From the NCBI GenBank assembly GCA_902769185.1, contig CACXNV010000007.1, positions 9,323-73,322 on the forward strand: a DNA stretch of 64,000 nt, read 5' to 3'. Positions 59,600 to 64,000 of this stretch are shown piece by piece. The first letter of the stretch is position 1, and each line of letters begins with the position of its first letter. A program made the position numbers and the translations under genes. The DNA comes from an uncultured Erysipelotrichaceae bacterium (GTDB lineage Bacteria > Bacillota_I > Bacilli_A > RFN20 > CAG-826). The notes below the pieces were generated by a model. That model saw only the letters and a list, made by a program, of their open reading frames with translations, searched no databases and was not told the DNA's origin.

Positions 59600-60910
59600 A
59601 TGCTCGACTTACTATTAGTAAATGGTTTTGCTTATATTGATGGACGATTTCAGAAAGTGAATATCGGTATTTCTGGTGAGCGCATTTCTTATATTGGAGA
59701 AGATACTCCTAGCGCTTCTAGAGTCGTTGATGTTCATCATAATCGTATCTTACCTGGATTTATTGATCCTCATGTTCATTTTGCTTTATATTGCGGCACC
59801 ATTACTAGTAGAGACGATTTTATTGGTGGCAGTAAAACTGCAGCCTATGGCGGAGTAACCACGATTGTTGATTTCTTAGATCCTAGTAGGAACGCCAAAG
59901 AATTAGTGGAAACTTATAATCGACGATTAGAAGAGGCTAAAGGCTGTAATGTTGATTATCATTTCCATGCTTGTATTAAAGAACCTGATGGCGATTTAAA
60001 AGAATATGTTTTAAAGATGAAAGAACTAGGAATTAATACAGTGAAATTATTCACCACTTATTCAGAGACTCATCGTAGAACATATGATGAAGATATCAAA
60101 AAGCTTTTAAAGCTATCTAGAAAATATAAGTTTGTGGTGTGCGCTCATATTGAAAACGATGAGATGATTAAGCATGACAAAAACTTAACTTATAAAGATT
60201 TACCAAATGCTAGAAGTAGTGAAGCGGAAACTTCTGAAGCTCTTAAATTATGTGAGATGGCAGTCAAAACTAAAGGTCACTTATATATGGTGCACTGCTC
60301 TAGTGGAAATACTCTAGAAAAAATCGTTAATAAATATAAAGAATATCTTGGTAAATATATCTTTATCGAATCATGTCCTCAATACTTTGCATTTAATAAC
60401 GAAGTACTTAAAAAGGACAACGGATATTTATATACTTTCGCTCCTCCTTTAAGAAGTGAAGTTGAGAGACAAAAGATGTGTAAATATTTTGACTATATTT
60501 ATTCTATTGGGACTGACCACTGCTCATTTAATAAAAGTGATAAAGAGTCTCATCCACTTTTAGAAGGTCATCCTTTAGGAGTGGGCGGAATCGAAACAAG
60601 TTTCTTAGTAATGTATGAGATGTTTGGTGAAAAAGTCATCGAAAAAATGTGTCAAAATACCGCGAAAATTCAAAGATTTAAGTACAAAAATGGCATAAAA
60701 GTTAAAAATTACGCTGATTTAGTGATTATGTCTAGTGACCCTCAAGTTGTTAATAAACCACATGGAGTAGCGGACTATTCAATATATGAAGGAATGCATT
60801 TATCTAATAAGATTGTTAGCACAATCGCAAGAGGTAAGTTCATTCTTAAAGACGATAAATTCTATCCTCATAAAGGTGAGTTATTGAAATGCGAGATGAA
60901 AAGATTATGA
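59600..60910 (+). CDS. hyuA: Dihydropyrimidinase/D-hydantoinase-family cyclic amidohydrolase (HyuA/YgeZ-like)
   Basis: 436 aa. LPGFIDPHVHF, GGVTTIVDF, carboxylated-Lys region VKLFTTY, CAHIEND, MVHCSS, GTDHCSF. Confidence 0.85.
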   Translation: MLDLLLVNGFAYIDGRFQKVNIGISGERISYIGEDTPSASRVVDVHHNRILPGFIDPHVHFALYCGTITSRDDFIGGSKTAAYGGVTTIVDFLDPSRNAKELVETYNRRLEEAKGCNVDYHFHACIKEPDGDLKEYVLKMKELGINTVKLFTTYSETHRRTYDEDIKKLLKLSRKYKFVVCAHIENDEMIKHDKNLTYKDLPNARSSEAETSEALKLCEMAVKTKGHLYMVHCSSGNTLEKIVNKYKEYLGKYIFIESCPQYFAFNNEVLKKDNGYLYTFAPPLRSEVERQKMCKYFDYIYSIGTDHCSFNKSDKESHPLLEGHPLGVGGIETSFLVMYEMFGEKVIEKMCQNTAKIQRFKYKNGIKVKNYADLVIMSSDPQVVNKPHGVADYSIYEGMHLSNKIVSTIARGKFILKDDKFYPHKGELLKCEMKRL

Positions 60911-62205
60911 ACGCTTTAATTAATGTCAGAATTTTTGATTACGAGAATTATATCGAATCTGGATATGTTGTTTTTGATGAACGCGTCAAAGAAGTTGGTA
61001 AGATGTCTGAATTCAAAAATAAAGGCTACAAAATTATCGATGGAAAAGGTCAACTCTTGATGCCTAACTTTGTGTGCGCTCACTCACATATTTATTCCAT
61101 CTTCGCTAGAGGACTTGCTTTACCATTTAATCCTAAAAACTTCCAAGAAATCTTAGACCAGATGTGGTGGAAGTTAGATAGTGAAATCGATAACCCAATT
61201 ACTTATTATTCCGGTATTGCTGCGGGAAGCGAATTCTTACTTAACGGAGTGACCACAATTATTGACCATCATGCTTCAGGAAGAGATATTTTAGGATCTT
61301 TATCTACCTTAAAGAAAGCATTAGATAACACTTTGCACTTAAGAAGCATCTTATGTTTTGAAACTAGTGACAGATATAACATTAATGAATGCATCAAAGA
61401 AAATATTGGCTTTGCTAATAGATATCACACTTCTCACGTAAGTGGCTTATTTGGTATGCACGCTTCAATGTCACTAAGCGAAGATACTTTAAAGAAAGTT
61501 TCTCGTAAATTAAAAGATTTACCAATTCATATTCATGTCGCGGAAAGCGATATGGATGAAGTTGATTCTCAAAACAAATATCAAACTTCAATTATTGAAA
61601 GATTAGATAAGCATCATCTTATTAATAAAGATTCTTTAATTGTCCATGGTGTTTATCTAACTGACAAAGAACTAGATATTGTAAAAGCTAGAGGCGCTTA
61701 TATGGTAGTAAATACTACCAGTAATCTAAATAATGCAGTGGGTATCACTGATATTAAGAAATTCTTAGCTAAAGATATTCCAGTAATGATTGGTAATGAC
61801 GGCTTATCTAGCTCTATGGCGATTGAATATCAAAATGCGTTGTATTTAACTCATTTAAAAAATGAATCTCCAACCGCGTTAAATATTGGTCATATTTTAG
61901 GAATGATTAATAATGCCTATGAATATACTTCACGTAGACTTGGAATCAAATTAGGAAAAATTAAAAAAGACTATGTCTCTGATTTTATGTTAGTAAACTA
62001 CACTCCATTTACTGAGATGAATAACGCTAACGCCTTTGGTCATATATTCTATGGCTTATTCCCTAACTTTAGACCTAATGATGTTTATGTTGACGGGAAA
62101 CGCTTAGTGAAATCAGGTGAATTAGTTTCTATAAAAGTTAAAAACGAATTAAAAGAAGCAAGAAAATATAGTGACATTCTTTGGAAAAGAGTAAAGGAGA
62201 AATGA
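60907..62205 (+). CDS. ssnA: SsnA-type putative aminohydrolase
   Basis: ATG 60907 (ATGA overlap). CAHSHIYS, MWWKLD, IIDHHAS, GSLSTLKKA, CFETSDR, IHIHVAES, VHGVYL, NTTSNLNN are colinear with E. coli SsnA as I recall it. Confidence 0.85.
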   Translation: MNALINVRIFDYENYIESGYVVFDERVKEVGKMSEFKNKGYKIIDGKGQLLMPNFVCAHSHIYSIFARGLALPFNPKNFQEILDQMWWKLDSEIDNPITYYSGIAAGSEFLLNGVTTIIDHHASGRDILGSLSTLKKALDNTLHLRSILCFETSDRYNINECIKENIGFANRYHTSHVSGLFGMHASMSLSEDTLKKVSRKLKDLPIHIHVAESDMDEVDSQNKYQTSIIERLDKHHLINKDSLIVHGVYLTDKELDIVKARGAYMVVNTTSNLNNAVGITDIKKFLAKDIPVMIGNDGLSSSMAIEYQNALYLTHLKNESPTALNIGHILGMINNAYEYTSRRLGIKLGKIKKDYVSDFMLVNYTPFTEMNNANAFGHIFYGLFPNFRPNDVYVDGKRLVKSGELVSIKVKNELKEARKYSDILWKRVKEK

Positions 62206-62207
62206 TT

Positions 62208-63293
62208 ATGGATCTATCTACAAAATTTGATGGTTTAGTTCTTAAAAACCCACTTATGCCAGCAGCAGGCCCACTTGTCGGCGATGCTGAAAAGATGCTT
62301 TGGCTAAAAGATCAAGGTTTAGGTGCATTAGTAGCGAAAACCATTTCCACTAAAGACGCTCATATTCCTCATCCATGTATTATTGGAGAAGGAAATAACG
62401 CCATCTTTAACTGCGAACTCTGGACTGAATATCCAAAAGAAAAATGGATTAATGAATTCCTTCCAGAATTAGTCGCTAAAAAAGGAGATACACCTTTAAT
62501 TATTTCTGTTGGTTACACCAAAGAGGATATGGAAGAACTTATTCCTGTCTTAGATAAATTCGCTGATGCCTTTGAAGTGAGCTGTCACTATGTTGGTACT
62601 GATCATGAAAAAATGGCGGAAGTAGTGAGAACTATTAGAAAGCACACAACTAAACCTTTCTACATGAAGATTTCACCACATATTCCTGATCCTGCTCATT
62701 TTGCTCACACTATTAAAGAGAACGGGGCTAACGGAGTTGTGGCTATTAATTCACTTGGTCCTAGTATGGTTATTGATGTTGAAAAACGTCAAATGGCTTG
62801 CTCAAACGATAAAGGATTTGTGTGGATGAGTGGACCAGTAGTTAAACCCTTAGCTTTAGCGACTGTCTATACCATTAAACAAGCTGAACCTTCTTTAACC
62901 GTAATTGGAGTTGGAGGCTGTGCATCTGCGAAAGACGTTATTGAATTCTTATTAGCAGGAGCAAGTGCAGTTGGTATGCTATCTGCTCCAATGTTAAGAG
63001 GAAAAGAATTATACGCTAAAGTTCTTGCGGACTTACCAAAAGAATTAGAAAAGTACGGCTTTAAATCTGTTCAAGAAGTTATTGATACTCACTTAACAAA
63101 TAAAGTGACCTATGAACATGATATGCCAAGTGTAAATAAAGAAAAATGTACTCACTGTGGTATGTGTATGAGAAATTGCCCATACTTCGCCATTAACATG
63201 GATGAAGCTAAAGTTCCTACATTTGATGTTTCTAAATGCTTTAGATGTGGATTATGTGCTTCTAAATGCCCAGTGAAGGCTATTAAGTTTTAA
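62208..63293 (+). CDS. PreA-like dihydropyrimidine/dihydroorotate dehydrogenase-fold flavoprotein with C-terminal 2x[4Fe-4S] ferredoxin domain
   Basis: ATG 62208 preceded by AAGGAG. LKNPLMPAAGP, ELWTEY, AINSLGP, GVGGC. C-terminus CTHCGMCMRNCP and CFRCGLCASKCP. Confidence 0.8.
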   Translation: MDLSTKFDGLVLKNPLMPAAGPLVGDAEKMLWLKDQGLGALVAKTISTKDAHIPHPCIIGEGNNAIFNCELWTEYPKEKWINEFLPELVAKKGDTPLIISVGYTKEDMEELIPVLDKFADAFEVSCHYVGTDHEKMAEVVRTIRKHTTKPFYMKISPHIPDPAHFAHTIKENGANGVVAINSLGPSMVIDVEKRQMACSNDKGFVWMSGPVVKPLALATVYTIKQAEPSLTVIGVGGCASAKDVIEFLLAGASAVGMLSAPMLRGKELYAKVLADLPKELEKYGFKSVQEVIDTHLTNKVTYEHDMPSVNKEKCTHCGMCMRNCPYFAINMDEAKVPTFDVSKCFRCGLCASKCPVKAIKF

Positions 63294-63305
63294 TTTATTA
63301 AGAAT

Positions 63306-64000
63306 ATGAAAAAATTTGATACATCAGTTAAAAAAGTAGATAACGAAGAGAAGATGGCGGGTTTAGCGATCTTCACTGGCGATATCCGAATGGATGACGC
63401 TTATTTCGCTGTGCAAGTTAGAAGTGAGAAAGCTCATGCCAAATTAAAAGGGATTTATGTCCCTAAATTACCAAAAGATTATTACTTCATTTCCGCTAAG
63501 GATATTGTAAAAGAAAATGTTGTTAATATCATTGCCTCTGATTGGCCAGTCTTTGCTGATAAAAAAGTTAATTATATTGGCGAAGCAATGGGCTTAATTG
63601 TCGGTCCTGATAAAGGGATGTGTATGTATTTGGCTTCTTTATGTAAAGGCGAATACGAAGAACTTGAACCAGTTTTTGAAATGAAGAACTCTTATGTTCA
63701 TAAAGAATTCACCAAAGGTGATGTTTCTAAATTTAAAGAAGCAAAGAAAGTATTCTCTGAAGAATTCACTACTGGCTATCAAGAACAAGTCTATTTAGAA
63801 CCTCAAGCAATGCTTATGTATTACGAAAATAAGCAAATCGTAGTTAAAGCTTCAATGCAGTGTCCTTTCTATATCCATAAGGCGATTGTGAGAACTCTAG
63901 GATGTAAGGAAAGTGATGTGAGAGTAATTCAACCTGCAGTAGGAGGAGCCTTTGGAGGAAAAGAACATTATCCATCTTTAATGGCCGCTCAACTTGCGAC
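63306..64000 (+). CDS. Second xanthine dehydrogenase-family molybdopterin subunit, N-terminal part (runs off the window end)
   Basis: MKKFDTSVKKVDNEEKMAGLAIFTGDI...YLEPQA...VGGAFGGKE. Open to position 64000. Not in the ORF track. Confidence 0.8.
   Translation, partial: MKKFDTSVKKVDNEEKMAGLAIFTGDIRMDDAYFAVQVRSEKAHAKLKGIYVPKLPKDYYFISAKDIVKENVVNIIASDWPVFADKKVNYIGEAMGLIVGPDKGMCMYLASLCKGEYEELEPVFEMKNSYVHKEFTKGDVSKFKEAKKVFSEEFTTGYQEQVYLEPQAMLMYYENKQIVVKASMQCPFYIHKAIVRTLGCKESDVRVIQPAVGGAFGGKEHYPSLMAAQLA

Overview
AT-rich bacterial chromosome segment (roughly one-third G+C by eye) using the standard genetic code: TGA acts as a stop and the long ORFs are intact. It is centred on the replication origin. 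The conserved core rsmA-rnmV-tatD-mnmE-jag-yidC-rnpA-rpmH lies on the minus strand. It is followed by DnaA-box cluster | dnaA | DnaA boxes plus AT-rich unwinding region | dnaN-yaaA-recF-gyrB-gyrA-serS on the plus strand. Gene orientation flips at about 15.2-15.6 kb.

The left flank holds a truncated FGGY kinase, an HTH-TrpB fusion, higBA, ppdK, a small accessory patch, a C-terminally short GlmU-like gene and ispE. The patch contains a Phd/YefM-like gene, a 124-aa nuclease-like ORF and a GC-rich structured RNA.

The right flank holds:
- a complete UDP-L-FucNAc pathway (CapE/F/G = FnlA/B/C) whose first enzyme carries an XRE HTH
- desulfoferrodoxin, three tRNAs (Met, Ala, Ala) and small SRP RNA with tadA
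- a P-type ATPase, psuG, a 5'-truncated TetR remnant, Fe-ADH and mgtE
- tldD/pmbA, a GT4 glycosyltransferase and guaD
- gdhA-DUF1015-serC-serA
- from about 52.9 kb to the window end, an anaerobic purine/urate-type catabolic island. Its parts are carbamate kinase, MocA, a three-subunit Mo-hydroxylase, hydantoinase, SsnA, a PreA-like Fe-S flavoenzyme and a second Mo-hydroxylase.

I found no rRNA, CRISPR array, transposase, integrase or prophage genes. The content suggests a low-GC anaerobe of the Firmicutes/Tenericutes type. Nothing here is an unambiguous new system. The best leads are the enzyme-HTH fusions, the orphan structured RNA, the recurrent TATAAT-N6-ATG geometry suggesting leaderless mRNAs, and the purine island. 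All calls come from reading the sequence and recalling family motifs. No searches were run.
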